DNA of 64,000 nucleotides from an uncultured Verrucomicrobiae bacterium (GCA_963828525.1 CAWHEP010000008.1:352001-416000), one strand, 5' to 3'. Counted from the first letter of the stretch, positions 21,918 to 33,987 are shown. The notes: generated by a model not told the origin, from the letters alone. Made by a program: numbers and translations.

Positions 21918-24900
21918 GCAGCAGGCAAAGCGCCGCCTGCGACCGGCAGCGAGGCTTCCTTGCGCCGGCGGCCCTGAACCAAGAGCCAAGCCGATCCATG
22001 TAAAGATAGATGACTGGAGTGGTGTAGAGAGTGATGAATTGGGAGAGAAGCAAACCGCCCACAATCGAAATGCCAAGCGGACGCCGCAACTCCGAGCCTG
22101 CGCCACTTTCCAGCGCCAGGGGCAGCGCGCCTAAAAGAGCTGCCATCGTGGTCATCATGATCGGACGGAAGCGCAGCAGGCAGGCTTGATAGATGGATTC
22201 CTCCGGTGGGAGGCCTTCGTTGCGTTCCGCGTCCAAAGCGAAGTCGATCATCATGATGGCGTTCTTCTTCACTATGCCGATCAGGAGAATGATCCCGATC
22301 AAAGCAACAAGGGACATATCCGTATGGCAAATCATCAGCGCCAGCAGCGCTCCAACGCCTGCCGAGGGAAGGCTGGAGAGGATTGTGATCGGGTGGATGT
22401 AGCTTTCATAGAGCACTCCAAGCACGATGTAGATGACCACCACCGCCGCCAGGATGAGGAATGGCTCGCTCGCGAGAGAAGATCGAAATTCTGCGGCGCT
22501 TCCTGAAAACGAGGTGACCACTGTTTCAGGCAACCCGATATCGGCTTGCGCCTGCTGAATCGCGGTAACGGCCTCTCCAAGAGAGCTGCGGGAATTGAGA
22601 TTAAACGAAAGGGTGATCGCCGGGAATTGCCCTTCGTGCAGGATCGAAAGGGGGGCGGTGACTGTCCGCAGGCGCGAGAAAAGCGCTGAGAGGCACCATC
22701 TGGCCCGTGGAGGATTTCACGTAGATTCGTTTCAGGGAGTCAGGAGTGAGTTGGAACCCAGGCTGCACTTCAAGCACCACCCGGTATTGATTCAACTGCG
22801 TGAAGATGATGGATACCTGGCGCTGCCCAAAAGCGTCGTAGAGGGTATCGTCAATGGCCTGCGTCACCACATTCAGGCGCTGGGCCTGCTCACGATCCAC
22901 GTCCACGCTGATCTGCAGACCATCAGCCTGCTGGTCGCTCGCGACGTCCGCCAGTTGCGGGAGGGAACGCAGGCGCGCCAACAGCTTCGGAGCCCATTGG
23001 CCGAGTTCCACCTCATCCGCATCCTCCAGCGTGTATTGGTATTGTGTACCGGCTGACCCTGCTGTCTATCTGCACATCCTGCACCGCTTGCATAAAGAGG
23101 GAGATGCCCTGGATGTTGCTGGTCGCTTGTCGCAAGCGCTCGATAACCTGGGAAGCGGACGAGGAACGCTGTTGCCCGAGGTTTGAGCGCAATCGCAAGG
23201 CGTCCCGAATTCACCGTAGCATTCACCGAGCCGCCTCCTACGAACGGATGAGACGCTGGCGACATCCGTGATCTTTTGCCACGATATCCACAATGGCGTG
23301 CTGGCGCGCAACCATCGCCTTGAAGGAGATTGACTGCGCGGAATCCGTGACACCCGTGATGATGCCTGTGTCCTGCTGGGGCAGCAGCCCCTTCGGAATG
23401 ATGATGTAGAGCCAAATCGTGGCCACGAGACCGGCTACCGCGACCATGAGAGTGAAGAACTGATGCCGCAACACCCACTTCAGTCCCTGCTCGTATGCCC
23501 GAAGCAGCGCCTCGAACATCCCTTCCGTCGACATGGTAGAAGCGCCCATGGGCTTGCCCCGTCTCTGGCTTGAAAGCCGCGCACACATCATCGGAGTAAG
23601 GGTCAGGGAAACCACCGCCGACGCGACAACGGAAATGCTCAGCGTGATCGCGAATTCGCGAAAGAGACGCCCGACGATTCCGGTCATGAAAAGAAGGGGA
23701 ATGAAACACGGCGATGAGAGAGACACTAAGAGAAATCACAGTGAAGCCGATCTGCTTTGCGCCTTTCAGCGCGGCAGCCATGGGCGGCTCACCCATCTCA
23801 ATGAAGCGGACGATATTCTCGATCATCACGATGGCATCATCGACGACAAAGCCGGTGGAGATGGTGAGCGCCATGAGCGACAGATTATCGAGACTGAAGC
23901 CGATGAGTTTCATCACGCCAAACGTTCCTATGACCGCAAGAGGCAGCGCGACACTGGGGATGACGGTCGCCCAAAACTTGCGCAGAAAGATGAATATGAC
24001 CATGACGACAAGCACACCGTAAGCACGAGCGTGAATTGCACATCGGACACGGAGGCGCGGATCGTCTCGGTCCGATCTGTGAGCACCGCGACTTTCACGG
24101 AAGGCGGGAGGCGAGAGGCCGAATTTAGGCAGCAGCGCTTTCACACGATCCGCCGTCTCGATAATATTTGCTCCGGGTTGTCTCTGGATATCCAGTATGA
24201 CAGCAGGCTGGGAACCGACCCACCCGGCAAGCCGCGTATTCTCGACATCGTCCATGACATTTCCCACGTCCCGGAGCCGTGATGGGCGCTCCATTTTTGA
24301 AGGCAATGACCATGCCGCCATATTCAGTCGCGGAGAATAGCTGATCGTTCGCGCCAATCGCATAGGATTGTCTGTTCCCGTCAAAGCTTCCTTTGGGTGC
24401 GTTGATGTTATTTTGACCAAGCACGGCGCGGATGTCCTCCAATGCCGATCCCAACGAGGCGATGGCTCCGGGATTGATTTGCACCCGAACCGCCGGCTTT
24501 TGATTACCCTCGATGGACACGAGGCCAACACCCGTGACTTCGCTGAGTTTTTGCGCCAGAACCGTATCCGCGAGATCATTCACTTTCTCCAGCGGCAGTG
24601 CATCGGAACTGAGCATCAGCGACAGGATCGGGCTGTCCGCCGGGTTTACTTTGTTGTAGATCGGCGGGATTGGGCATCTTCGGCAGAACGCCACCGGCGG
24701 CATTGATCGCTGCCTGCACGTCCTGGGCGGCGGCATCGATATCACGATCAAGCACAAACTGCAGTGTGATGGCGCTGCTTCCAAAGGAACTAATCGACGT
24801 CATGCCGGAGAGTCCGCTGATCTGGCCAAATTGCCGCTCCAGAGGCGTGGTGACCGAGGAGGCCATGACGTCCGGACTTGCGCCGGGATATTGCGCCGTG

Positions 24901-25040
24901 ATCTGAATCGTGGGGAAGTCAACCGGCGGCAGAGCCGAAATCGGCAGAAGCAGATAGCCCAATGTTCCAAGGAGGATGACTCCCGCCATGAGGAGCGAAG
25001 TCGCGACCGGACGCCGAATAAAAGGCTCGGAGATGCTCAT
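21914..25040 (-). CDS. mdtB: RND efflux permease, MdtB-like (frameshifted)
   Basis: [54 protein letters not shown]. Confidence 0.85.
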
Positions 25041-25079
25041 GTTCAGAAGGCGGAAGGCGCTTTGCTGGTGGACGGGCGG

Positions 25080-26339
25080 CTACTTGCCGCTGACATCCCG
25101 CTTCCCTTTATCAGGCGCGGCGACTTTCACATGGGAACCTTCCTGCAGCTTGTACTGGCCGTCCACCACCACCGTCTCCCCAGCTTGGAGGCCCTCGTCA
25201 ATCAAAGCTTCCTCCCCCTCGATCTGCGCCACTTTCACCGGACGAATTGCAACCGTCTCGTCCTCATTGATCACAAAGGCGTACGCGCCGGAAGGGCCTC
25301 TCTGGACGACGGACGCCGGAACCACGAGACCCCCGCGACGGGTGTCGAGATGCAGACGGGCATTCACGAATTGGCCGGGCCAAAGTTGAAGATCGCGGTT
25401 TGGGAACGTGGCTTTCAACTCAATTGTTCCCGTCGTCGGATCGATCTGGTTATTGATGACCGTCAGGGTGCCACGATCCAGAACCGTCTTGTTGTCCCTG
25501 TCCACCGCGAGGACCTCGAGAGCCTCGCTCCCGCTGCCGGCACGCGAGTGAATCTGCGCGAGGGACTGCTCAGGCAGGGTGAATGTCACAAAGATAGGCT
25601 GGAGCGTCGTAATGACGGCGAGACCGCCCGCATCCGAAGCATGCACTATGTTTCCCTGATCCACGATCCGGATTCCGGTCCGGCCATTTATCGGAGACGT
25701 GATGGTAGTGTAACCCAGATTAACCTGGGCGATGTTAACTGCCGCGTCATCGGCCTTCACGGTGGCCTCCAACTGATTAACAAGCGCTTTCTGCGTCACG
25801 TTCTGCTGCTCGGAGATGACCTTCTTCGCGAACATTTCGGCGTCCCGCGCCAGATCCTCTCGGGCATTGGAAAGCTGCGCCTCATCCTGCCCCATTCTGG
25901 CTTTGGCCTGTTCGAACGCAGCCTTATAGGGGGCGGGATCGACTATCGCGAGCAAGTCTCCGACCTTCACATCCTGCCCCTCAGAGAAGGCTACCTTGAT
26001 CAACTCCCCGTCCACGCGAGTGTGGATAGTGACCGTATTCAGCGCTTGGGCGCTGCCGACCCCGTCGAGGTATATCGGCACATCTTTACTTCCGACTTTG
26101 CCGGCGACGACTGGAACTGGAGGCGCGCCAGTCTTCTGCGCCGCGCCAGCCTGTTGATGCTGCTTCATTTTCACGAAAGCAAAAATGCCTGCGACAAGAA
26201 GTACAGCGATGACAACCCAGCGCGTCGCGGAGGATCCGCGGTGGATCACGCCGCCAGGAGAAACCACCGCGTTGCGGTTCACAAAATCGCTTTGCTCCAG
26301 CCGAACTGGCGAGGGGCGCAGTTCATCGTTCTTCAACAT
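25080..26339 (-). CDS. mdtA: RND periplasmic adaptor, MdtA-like
   Basis: N-terminal TM helix, RVDGEL, ITSPINGRTGIR, NQIDPTTGTI, LWPGQFVN. Confidence 0.9.
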   Translation of the reverse strand: MLKNDELRPSPVRLEQSDFVNRNAVVSPGGVIHRGSSATRWVVIAVLLVAGIFAFVKMKQHQQAGAAQKTGAPPVPVVAGKVGSKDVPIYLDGVGSAQALNTVTIHTRVDGELIKVAFSEGQDVKVGDLLAIVDPAPYKAAFEQAKARMGQDEAQLSNAREDLARDAEMFAKKVISEQQNVTQKALVNQLEATVKADDAAVNIAQVNLGYTTITSPINGRTGIRIVDQGNIVHASDAGGLAVITTLQPIFVTFTLPEQSLAQIHSRAGSGSEALEVLAVDRDNKTVLDRGTLTVINNQIDPTTGTIELKATFPNRDLQLWPGQFVNARLHLDTRRGGLVVPASVVQRGPSGAYAFVINEDETVAIRPVKVAQIEGEEALIDEGLQAGETVVVDGQYKLQEGSHVKVAAPDKGKRDVSGK

Positions 26340-26525
26340 AGAGTATTACCATCAGGATGTTTCAAGATGAAACCTTGCCGATCGGGACAAGTTGCGGGTG
26401 ATGTAAAGTGTCCCACCGTGCGAGACAAGGTTCCGCGACAAAGGATTGCGCGTCAAACGGGATGCGCATTTAACGCGAGACTCGGTGTCTGATCATCCTG
26501 TAGGATTCCACGAGAGCTATTTCTT

Positions 26526-27185
26526 ATGATCGCGCGACTCAAAAACCTAGATTCCCATCACAGGCTGATCGTCGCGCTGGTCATCGGAGTGATGACGTTC
26601 CTGGCAACCCAGTCCCGCTTCGCGCTGCCCCCGCGTGTTATTCTTTCCTGGGACGCGGCTTGCGTCACCGTCCTCTTACTAGCCTGGGTGAGGATCGTTA
26701 CGGCGGATCCAGCCCGTTCCCGGGTAACGGCAAAGCTGCAGGACTCAAGCCGCACGGTGATCTTCGGCTCTGTAATTGTCGCCGCGTGCGCGAGTCTGTT
26801 TGCCCTTGCCTTTCTCTTGGGCGCGGCAAAAGACATGAGCAAGGGCCGATTGACTGAGCATGTTGCCCTGGCTTTGGTGACTGTGGTTTGCTCCTGGTGC
26901 CTCGTGCATACAGTCTTCACGCTGCGATACGCTCATTTATTCTATAGCGCGGGCGAGGAGCCATCAGACCGTCGGGAGGGTCTCGACTTTCCCGACGAAA
27001 AAAACCCGGACTACACCGACTTTGCCTATTTCTCTTTCATCGTGGGTATGACCTGCCAGGTCTCCGATGTGCAGATAACATCGCGCGAAATCCGACGCCT
27101 CGCGCTCCTGCATGGACTCATCTCCTTCGTGTTCAATACCGTCGTCCTCGCGCTGAGCATCAACATCATTTCAGGTCTGCTCTAA
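26526..27185 (+). CDS. DUF1345 family membrane protein
   Basis: HTVFTLRYAHLFY, GLDFP, PDYTDFAYFSF, GMTCQVSD. Confidence 0.88.
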   Translation: MIARLKNLDSHHRLIVALVIGVMTFLATQSRFALPPRVILSWDAACVTVLLLAWVRIVTADPARSRVTAKLQDSSRTVIFGSVIVAACASLFALAFLLGAAKDMSKGRLTEHVALALVTVVCSWCLVHTVFTLRYAHLFYSAGEEPSDRREGLDFPDEKNPDYTDFAYFSFIVGMTCQVSDVQITSREIRRLALLHGLISFVFNTVVLALSINIISGLL

Positions 27186-28062
27186 CGCGCGACGGGAATA
27201 TTTCATAAGACCCCGCCGCGTTCTCGCGCTCGATTTTCAAGGTGTAACGCGTCTTCGACTTCCGCAGCGTCATCCTCGCGCCAAACACCGCGGACATCGT
27301 CTCCGATGTAAGCGCCCTCTCCCGCTTGCCCGCCGCAAGCACCCGCCCTTCTTTGAGTAAAAGGATGTGGGAGAAAACAGGCATGATCTCCTCCACATGG
27401 TGCGTCACGAGCACGATGGCGGGGGCGTCGGCGAAACGCCCGAGTCGTTCCACAAATTGCAAGAATTGCTCCCGGGCGAGAGGATCCAAGCCAGCGCAAG
27501 GTTCATCAAGAATGAGTAACTCCGGGGCAGCCATAAGAGCCCGACCGATCAGAACTCTCTGCCTTTCTCCCTGAGATAAGACTCTCCATGCCCGTGCATG
27601 CAGATGCTCCGCTTCCACCTCCCGCAAGATCCTTATGCCCTGCCGCTGATCCGCCTTCGAAATGCGCCCCCACAAATTCACCATTCCGAATTTCCCGCTG
27701 ATGACCGTGTCCAATGCTGTCTCATCGCCCTCAATCATCTGGCGTATGGAGGAACTGACGAGTCCGATCCTGAGGCGCAGGTCTCTCCAGTCTGCCTGGC
27801 CATACTTCTGCCCAAGCACCTCGATGAATCCACCAGTTGGCATGAGGTATCCGCTCAGCGCCTTGAGTAGAGAGGTCTTTCCGGAGCCGTTGGCGCCAAG
27901 AATTACCCAGTTTTGCCCCTTAAGAACCGTCCATGATATGGACTGCAGGATCGATACGTCTCCTCGCCTGATGGAAAGACCTTGGACAGACGCGACCGGC
28001 CGCTGAGCGTCCCCCCTTCCAGAAACGACGTCCTCAGCCCGCTGCGGTCTTCGCGAAATCAT
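27166..28062 (-). CDS. ABC ATP-binding protein (ModF/YlmA-like); start approximate
   Basis: GANGSGKT, LSQGERQR, LILDEP, VTHH. Confidence 0.88.
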   Translation of the reverse strand: MISRRPQRAEDVVSGRGDAQRPVASVQGLSIRRGDVSILQSISWTVLKGQNWVILGANGSGKTSLLKALSGYLMPTGGFIEVLGQKYGQADWRDLRLRIGLVSSSIRQMIEGDETALDTVISGKFGMVNLWGRISKADQRQGIRILREVEAEHLHARAWRVLSQGERQRVLIGRALMAAPELLILDEPCAGLDPLAREQFLQFVERLGRFADAPAIVLVTHHVEEIMPVFSHILLLKEGRVLAAGKRERALTSETMSAVFGARMTLRKSKTRYTLKIERENAAGSYEIFPSRVRADLK

Positions 28063-28942
28063 CCTTTCCGGATTGAAGCAGGGCCACGAATTCGCGTAGC
28101 GCGGGAGACAGGGACCGGCTTCGCCGCAGGAGAATGCCCAAAGGCCTAACCATGGAGGGCCGTGTAATGTCCACCGCGGCAAGCGACCCTCCCGCCACTT
28201 CCGCATGAATGGTATTACGCGGCACGATGGCGATTCCGCTCTCGATTTCAACGGCCCGTTTGACGGTCTCAATGTTGTCGAACTCCATCGTTTGCACGAT
28301 TTCAACCTGGTGCTCGCGCAAGTGACGATCGATCACTTTCCGTGTGGGCAAGTCCGCTTCGAAAGCGATGAACTTCTCACCCTCCAGCTCTTTGAGGTCG
28401 ATGCTTCCGCGTTTCGCCAGAGGATGCGCCGGGTGGCAGATCAGGACGAGCCGATCTTCCAGGAACGGTTCGAGTCGCAACCCTTTCTTTGGAACTGGGA
28501 AGGAAACAAACCCGATATCGAAATCCCCATTCAGAACCTCGGAGTACACCTGGGCCGAGCGGCGAAACTCGACCTGGACATTCACGCTTGGAAAGCGCTT
28601 TCGAAATTCTTTAAGGTAGGGCGGAATCTCATGAAGCCCAATGCTGTAGATGGCCGCGATCTTCAACTCTCCGGCAACCACGTTCTGCAGTTCCAGCAAC
28701 CGGTTGCCGAGATGATCGAAAACGCTGAGTATCTCTTTGCTCGCATCCAGGAAAACCTTGCCCTCCTCCGTGAGTGAAAAGTTCCGTCTTCCACGATCAA
28801 TAAAGGTAACGTTGAATTTCGTTTCCAACGAGCGTATTTGCTGGCTCACGGCGCTCTGGGTAATCGCGTTAGTGGACGCCGCTTTTGAGAAGCTGCGCGA
28901 ATCGGCAAGGTCACAAAAAATCTTGAAAGTCTCTATTTGCAT
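28034..28942 (-). CDS. LysR family transcriptional regulator
   Basis: SFSKAA..ITQSAVSQQIRSLE HTH plus a substrate-binding domain. Confidence 0.93.
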   Translation of the reverse strand: MQIETFKIFCDLADSRSFSKAASTNAITQSAVSQQIRSLETKFNVTFIDRGRRNFSLTEEGKVFLDASKEILSVFDHLGNRLLELQNVVAGELKIAAIYSIGLHEIPPYLKEFRKRFPSVNVQVEFRRSAQVYSEVLNGDFDIGFVSFPVPKKGLRLEPFLEDRLVLICHPAHPLAKRGSIDLKELEGEKFIAFEADLPTRKVIDRHLREHQVEIVQTMEFDNIETVKRAVEIESGIAIVPRNTIHAEVAGGSLAAVDITRPSMVRPLGILLRRSRSLSPALREFVALLQSGKDDFAKTAAG

Positions 28943-28992
28943 CGGCCTACCAGCCTGAATCGAAACTGACTCCTCACTCTGCGTCCCTTTCC

Positions 28993-29673
28993 ATGTCACA
29001 AATACAAGCGGCCCTCCAACGAGTGAACCAAGAAATCGGCCGCGCAATCGTTGAGGCAGGACGCGCGACTTCCGATGTCGAGCTAATCGCGGTATCCAAA
29101 TCGCATCCGCCTTCTGCCGTTCAAGAAGCCATCGACGCGGGACACCTTCTCTTTGGAGAAAGCCGCATCCAGGAGGCAAAGGCGAAGATTCCGGCGCTCT
29201 CGGCCCGCGCCCGCTGGCACTTCATAGGCCACCTCCAAAAGAATAAAATAAGACAGGCGCTGCCACTGTTTGACCTGTTCCACGGAATCGATTCGCTGGA
29301 ACTAGCCCGTGACATGAACAGGGTGGCTAAGGAACTTGGCCTTTTTCCCAGGATACTTCTGGAGGTCAACGTCGCCACGGAACCCACCAAGTTCGGGTTT
29401 GCTCCCGACGACGTGAGGCGCGATCTGGTGGAGATTCTGAAGCTGGATCGAATCCAAGTAGACGGACTCATGACGATCGCGCCGGTAGCAGACAAACCGG
29501 ACGCTTCACTCCGCTTTTTTTCGATGCTTCATGATCTCCGCGATGAATTGCAGGCGGCGGCAGGGGTGCCGCTCAAGCACCTTTCGATGGGGATGAGCCA
29601 GGACTATCCCGGAGCAATCAAGGCAGGCGCCACTTTGGTGCGGGTCGGCACCGCGATCTTCGGGGAAAGATAG
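28993..29673 (+). CDS. yggS: YggS/PROSC PLP homeostasis protein
   Basis: LIAVSK, GESRIQE, WHFIGHLQKNK, LSMGMSQDY, VRVGTAIFG. Confidence 0.93.
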   Translation: MSQIQAALQRVNQEIGRAIVEAGRATSDVELIAVSKSHPPSAVQEAIDAGHLLFGESRIQEAKAKIPALSARARWHFIGHLQKNKIRQALPLFDLFHGIDSLELARDMNRVAKELGLFPRILLEVNVATEPTKFGFAPDDVRRDLVEILKLDRIQVDGLMTIAPVADKPDASLRFFSMLHDLRDELQAAAGVPLKHLSMGMSQDYPGAIKAGATLVRVGTAIFGER

Positions 29674-29690
29674 CCAGCGCCCAGAAGAAC

Positions 29691-30404
29691 TCAGACGGCG
29701 GCTTCGGCGCAGATCTCCCCGAAGATGTCGGGGTAATGCTTGTGCATGCAACGGGTGCAAATTCCGTGACTGGTATCCGATGCCACGCGTTCGCTGAGAT
29801 ATCGTTCTATGCTGTGCCAATTGCCTGTCTCATCCCGAATGGCTTTGCAGTGGGAACAAATCGGCAACAGGCTTCTGAGCATTTTTGTTTCGACGAGCGC
29901 CTCCGCGAGCTGCTCCGAAACGAGGCGCAGTTCCATCTGGGATACGACCTGCCGTGACAACGCCGCTAGGGCGGCTTCCTGGCCGGGGCTGAGGGCGCGC
30001 GGCTTTCGATCGATCACGCACAACGAACCGAGCGCGTTGCCCGCGCCATCCAGCAGCGGGGCGCCGGCATAAAAACGTATATTTGGCTCCGATGTGACCA
30101 GCGGATTTGCGGAGAACCGGACATCACGAGTGGCGTCTTCCACCACCATCACTTTTTCCTGAAGGATAGTATGCGCGCAGAATGCCTGCTCCCGGGGAGT
30201 CTCGCTGTTGGTGATTCCAACTTTGGACTTGAACCATTGACGCTTTTCATCAATCAAGGCGATTATCGCGATCGGCGTTTCGCATATGAACGCGGCGACG
30301 TTCGTGAAATCGTCGAATGCCTGTTCGGCTTGTGTGTCCATGATCCGATACCGGCGCAGGGCTTTCAGGCGCGACGCCTCGCTCTTTTCGCGGACCGGAT
30401 TCAT
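29691..30404 (-). CDS. GAF domain protein with C-terminal Cys/His motif
   Basis: RQWFKS, AFCAHTIL, IRFYAGAPL, GSLCVID; C-terminal LPICSHCK..SHGICTRC. Confidence 0.88.
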   Translation of the reverse strand: MNPVREKSEASRLKALRRYRIMDTQAEQAFDDFTNVAAFICETPIAIIALIDEKRQWFKSKVGITNSETPREQAFCAHTILQEKVMVVEDATRDVRFSANPLVTSEPNIRFYAGAPLLDGAGNALGSLCVIDRKPRALSPGQEAALAALSRQVVSQMELRLVSEQLAEALVETKMLRSLLPICSHCKAIRDETGNWHSIERYLSERVASDTSHGICTRCMHKHYPDIFGEICAEAAV

Positions 30405-30551
30405 CGGGAGAGAGATCATCTTAGAAATGGGAAAGCATGAAGCGGGCCACTCCACTTCTCGCGAGACGCCAGTCGAGAACTCCGGAGCAGTTTTCGGAAT
30501 AGCTTGACTTGCTTTCCCGGCGATTCTCGAATGGATCGTGTATAATATACC

Positions 30552-31344
30552 ATGCCACTACCCCTTCCTGTGATCCTCCTCATCGCCGCGGTTGTGCTCT
30601 TGCTCTCCGGGTTGCGTGTCGCGCAAGAATACCAACGAGGCGTCGTCTTTCGCCTGGGGCGCTATTCAGGCATGCGAGGGCCGGGTCTCTACTGGATCAT
30701 CCCCCTTGGCATCGAACGCTCGGTGACGATTGACATTCGTATTACCACAGTCTCCGCAGAGCAGCAGGAAACGATCACCCGCGACAGCGTCACGATCAAA
30801 GTGAACGCCGTTCTCTGGTATCGGATCAGCGATCCTGAAAAGTCGGTGATCGCGGTGACTAACGCGCACTCCTCGATTTATCAACTGGCGTTGACCAGCC
30901 TGCGTAACATCATAGGCCAGCACGACTTGGATGAAGTGCTTCAGGAGCGTGACAAAATTAACACGCTTCTGCGGCAGGGCGTCGCCGGCAGCACCAGCGC
31001 GTGGGGGCTGGAGGTGGACCGCTTCGAGATGAAAGACGTGGAGCTGCCGGAGGCCATGCAACAGGTCATGGCAATGCAAGCGGAAGCGATCCGGGAAAAA
31101 CGCGGCGCGGATTATCAAGGCCGAGGCTGAGTTCGAAGCATCTCAAAAGCTGGCTGCGGCTTCGCAGCAGATGGCTGGTAATCCGGCGGCGCTTGAACTG
31201 CGAAGGATGCAGATGATTTCCGAGGTCGGCGCGGAGAACAACAGCACGACCGTCATAATGATCCCATCCGACTTCGTGAACATGGCGAAGAGCCTTAGCG
31301 AATACGTCAAGGAACAGTCCGATAGAAAAACCAGTGACGCATAG
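30552..31344 (+). CDS. SPFH/stomatin-like (slipin) protein (frameshift near 31105)
   Basis: EYQRGVVFRLGR, ITRDSVTIKVNAV, SLRNIIGQHDLDE, then IIKAEAEFEASQKL..ALELRRMQ in another frame. Confidence 0.9.
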
Positions 31345-31384
31345 CCAGCCCGCTTGCGAGGGTCACCGCTGTTGTGTTCATCTC

Positions 31385-31693
31385 ATGAGGCAAGGGCCGC
31401 TAAATATCCAGGTGATCGGGACGGAGCTCGCCATCCTTTGGACTGACAAAGGGGAGAGCTACATCAATCTGGAAAAGCTGCGGCGGGCGTGCCCCTGCGC
31501 GGGATGTGGCGGGGAACCTGACGTCATGGGGCATGTCATACGTCCGAAAGTCACTTACTCCGGCAGCAGCTTCCAGATTCAAAGCTACGAAATCGTCGGT
31601 GGCTACGCGATCCAGCCCGTGTGGAAGGATGGCCACGCCACGGGACTCTATTCTTTCGACAGCCTTCGAAGCCTTGCGGAGCATACTCCATGA
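31385..31693 (+). CDS. DUF971 (GBBH N-terminal-like) protein
   Basis: LRRACPCAGC, VGGYAIQPVWKDGHATGLYSF. Confidence 0.85.
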   Translation: MRQGPLNIQVIGTELAILWTDKGESYINLEKLRRACPCAGCGGEPDVMGHVIRPKVTYSGSSFQIQSYEIVGGYAIQPVWKDGHATGLYSFDSLRSLAEHTP

Positions 31694-32151
31694 ATCAAAA
31701 GGGCAAGATCGCGTTGATGCTCTTCTTCTTCGCCATCTGCGCCACGGCCGCGTTCATCACCTACGATGCCGGGTTGAAGCCGGTTCCCGCAAAGCCGCTG
31801 GATCTCTACTCGGTGGTGTATAATCAATTCACCGCGTTACAAACCTCCAACTTCGCGCGCGCCTATCGAAACGCCTCAACGGGGATGCAGGAGAAGTTCA
31901 ACGTCGAGCAATTCGAGGGCATGGTTCGCCTGGATTACTCGCCCCTGCTGGCAGCCAATCGCCTGGAATTCGGGGTCGCGGAATGCGAAGGACACCATGC
32001 GGTTGTTCAGGCGTATCTTGTCAGTATGGATGGAGCCATCACTCCCTGCATCTACAGCCTCGTGAACGAAGGCGAAGGCTGGAAGATCGATGGAGCGCGC
32101 CTGCTCCGGCGCATTCCCAAAGGAGAACGGCCCGGCGCCACCCGGGTGTGA
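31690..32151 (+). CDS. DUF4864-like membrane-anchored protein
   Basis: TM helix then NFARAYRNAS..QFEGMVRLDY..YSLVNEGEGWKIDG. Confidence 0.65.
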   Translation: MNQKGKIALMLFFFAICATAAFITYDAGLKPVPAKPLDLYSVVYNQFTALQTSNFARAYRNASTGMQEKFNVEQFEGMVRLDYSPLLAANRLEFGVAECEGHHAVVQAYLVSMDGAITPCIYSLVNEGEGWKIDGARLLRRIPKGERPGATRV

Positions 32152-32157
32152 CCGCTT

Positions 32158-33457
32158 CTACTCTGGAATCGATTCTCCCCGGATGAGGTCTTCGAAAGAC
32201 TGCCGGGCTCGAATGACATCGGCCTTCGCGCCGCGCACCAGCACCTCGGGAGGGAAAGGCCGGGAATTGTAGTTGGAAGCCATCGAAAAACCATACGCGC
32301 CGGCGCTCATGAGCGCGACAATATCCCCTTCCGCCAGCACTGGAACTTCCCTGTCCTTGGCGAAGAAATCGCCGCTTTCGCAGATCGGGCCCTACCACAT
32401 CCACCTTCTCAGTCGCGGCCGAGTCAGGCTCGACAAGCGGGACAACCTCATGGAAGCCTTCGTAGAGAGCAGGACGGATGAGGTCGTTCATGCCGGAGTC
32501 AACGATCACGAATTTTTTACTGGCTGTTGGCTTGATGTACAAGACCCGGGTGAGCAAGACGCCCGCATTCCCCACCATGAAGCGCCCCGGCTCGAAAAGA
32601 ATTCGCACTCCGAGCCCCGTTAGCAGCGGCGCGATCGCCGCGGCGTAGGCCTCGATTGTGAGCGCCTTTCCAGCGCCTGTTGCCTCTTCGCGCCACCAGC
32701 CGCTGTCGCCGCTCGCCAGCGAGGGATCATAGACAATCCCAATGCCTCCTCCCACGCTGAAGAATTCAATCCCAAACCTGCGACGTAATTCCCCCACAAG
32801 GGGCAGCATTTTCGAAATCGCCTCCGCGAATGGTTTCGGGCTGGTGATCTGGGACCCGATGTGAACCTGCACACCCCGGATGCAAATGTTCGCCATCTGC
32901 GCGGCTGTTTCATAGACCTCCAGCGCCCGCTCGATTCCGATGCCGAACTTGTTCTCGCTCTTGCCTGTCGAGATGTATTTATGCGTGCCCGCCGAAACAT
33001 CCGGATTCACGCGAAGGGCGACGGGCGCGCGACGCCCCAGTGATCGCGCGATGCCATCGATGCGGCGCAGCTCACTTTCCGACTCGACATTGAAACTCAA
33101 AATCTCGTGCCGCAAAGCGAAGCGGATTTCGTCGTCGGTCTTCCCGACGCCTGCGAAGGTGCAGGACTCTGTCTTCCCGCCCGCTTTCTTGACCCGCGAA
33201 AGTTCTCCCCCCGATACGATGTCGAATCCCGCGTTCTCCCGGGCGAGAAGGTTTAATATGGCAATGTTGGAGTTTGCCTTCACCGCGTAGCAGATAAGAT
33301 GATCCACCTCGGAGAACGCCGCATGGAGGCGGCGGTAGTGATCAAGGATGGTCGCGGCGCTGTAAACGTAAACGGGTGTTCCCGCTTCCCTGGCAACCAC
33401 TTCCAAGTTTACGTCTTCACAAAACAGCCGGTTTTTTTTATATCGAAAGGAATGCAC
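32158..33457 (-). CDS. lysA: Diaminopimelate decarboxylase (frameshift near 32390)
   Basis: YAVKAN PLP lysine, HIGSQI, EPGRF, GP(I)[21 protein letters not shown]. Confidence 0.95.
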
Positions 33458-33619
33458 GGTGCCTGTTTTGAAACCGGGCGCTGCTCCGCGCAAGGAATTT
33501 CTCAACGCTCTCCGACGGCGACAAATCTCCAAAAATGCTTTCCAACGCGCGGGCTGTCATATACCCGTTCTCATGTACGAGCGGCTGTTGTGTTAGATTG
33601 GAGCAGCCAGGAACACTGA

Positions 33620-33966
<347 letters not shown>

Positions 33967-33987
33967 AGCCAGAACCCCGCAGTTCTG

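Noticed and set aside
18772..25040. Repeated DNA between the two RND genes as a mobile or tandem repeat
   Set aside because: Ordinary MdtB/MdtC paralogy.
24831..26492. Long antisense ORFs (e.g. 553 aa opposite mdtA, and similar ones opposite other genes)
   Set aside because: Shadow ORFs expected from high-GC codon bias; no protein motifs.
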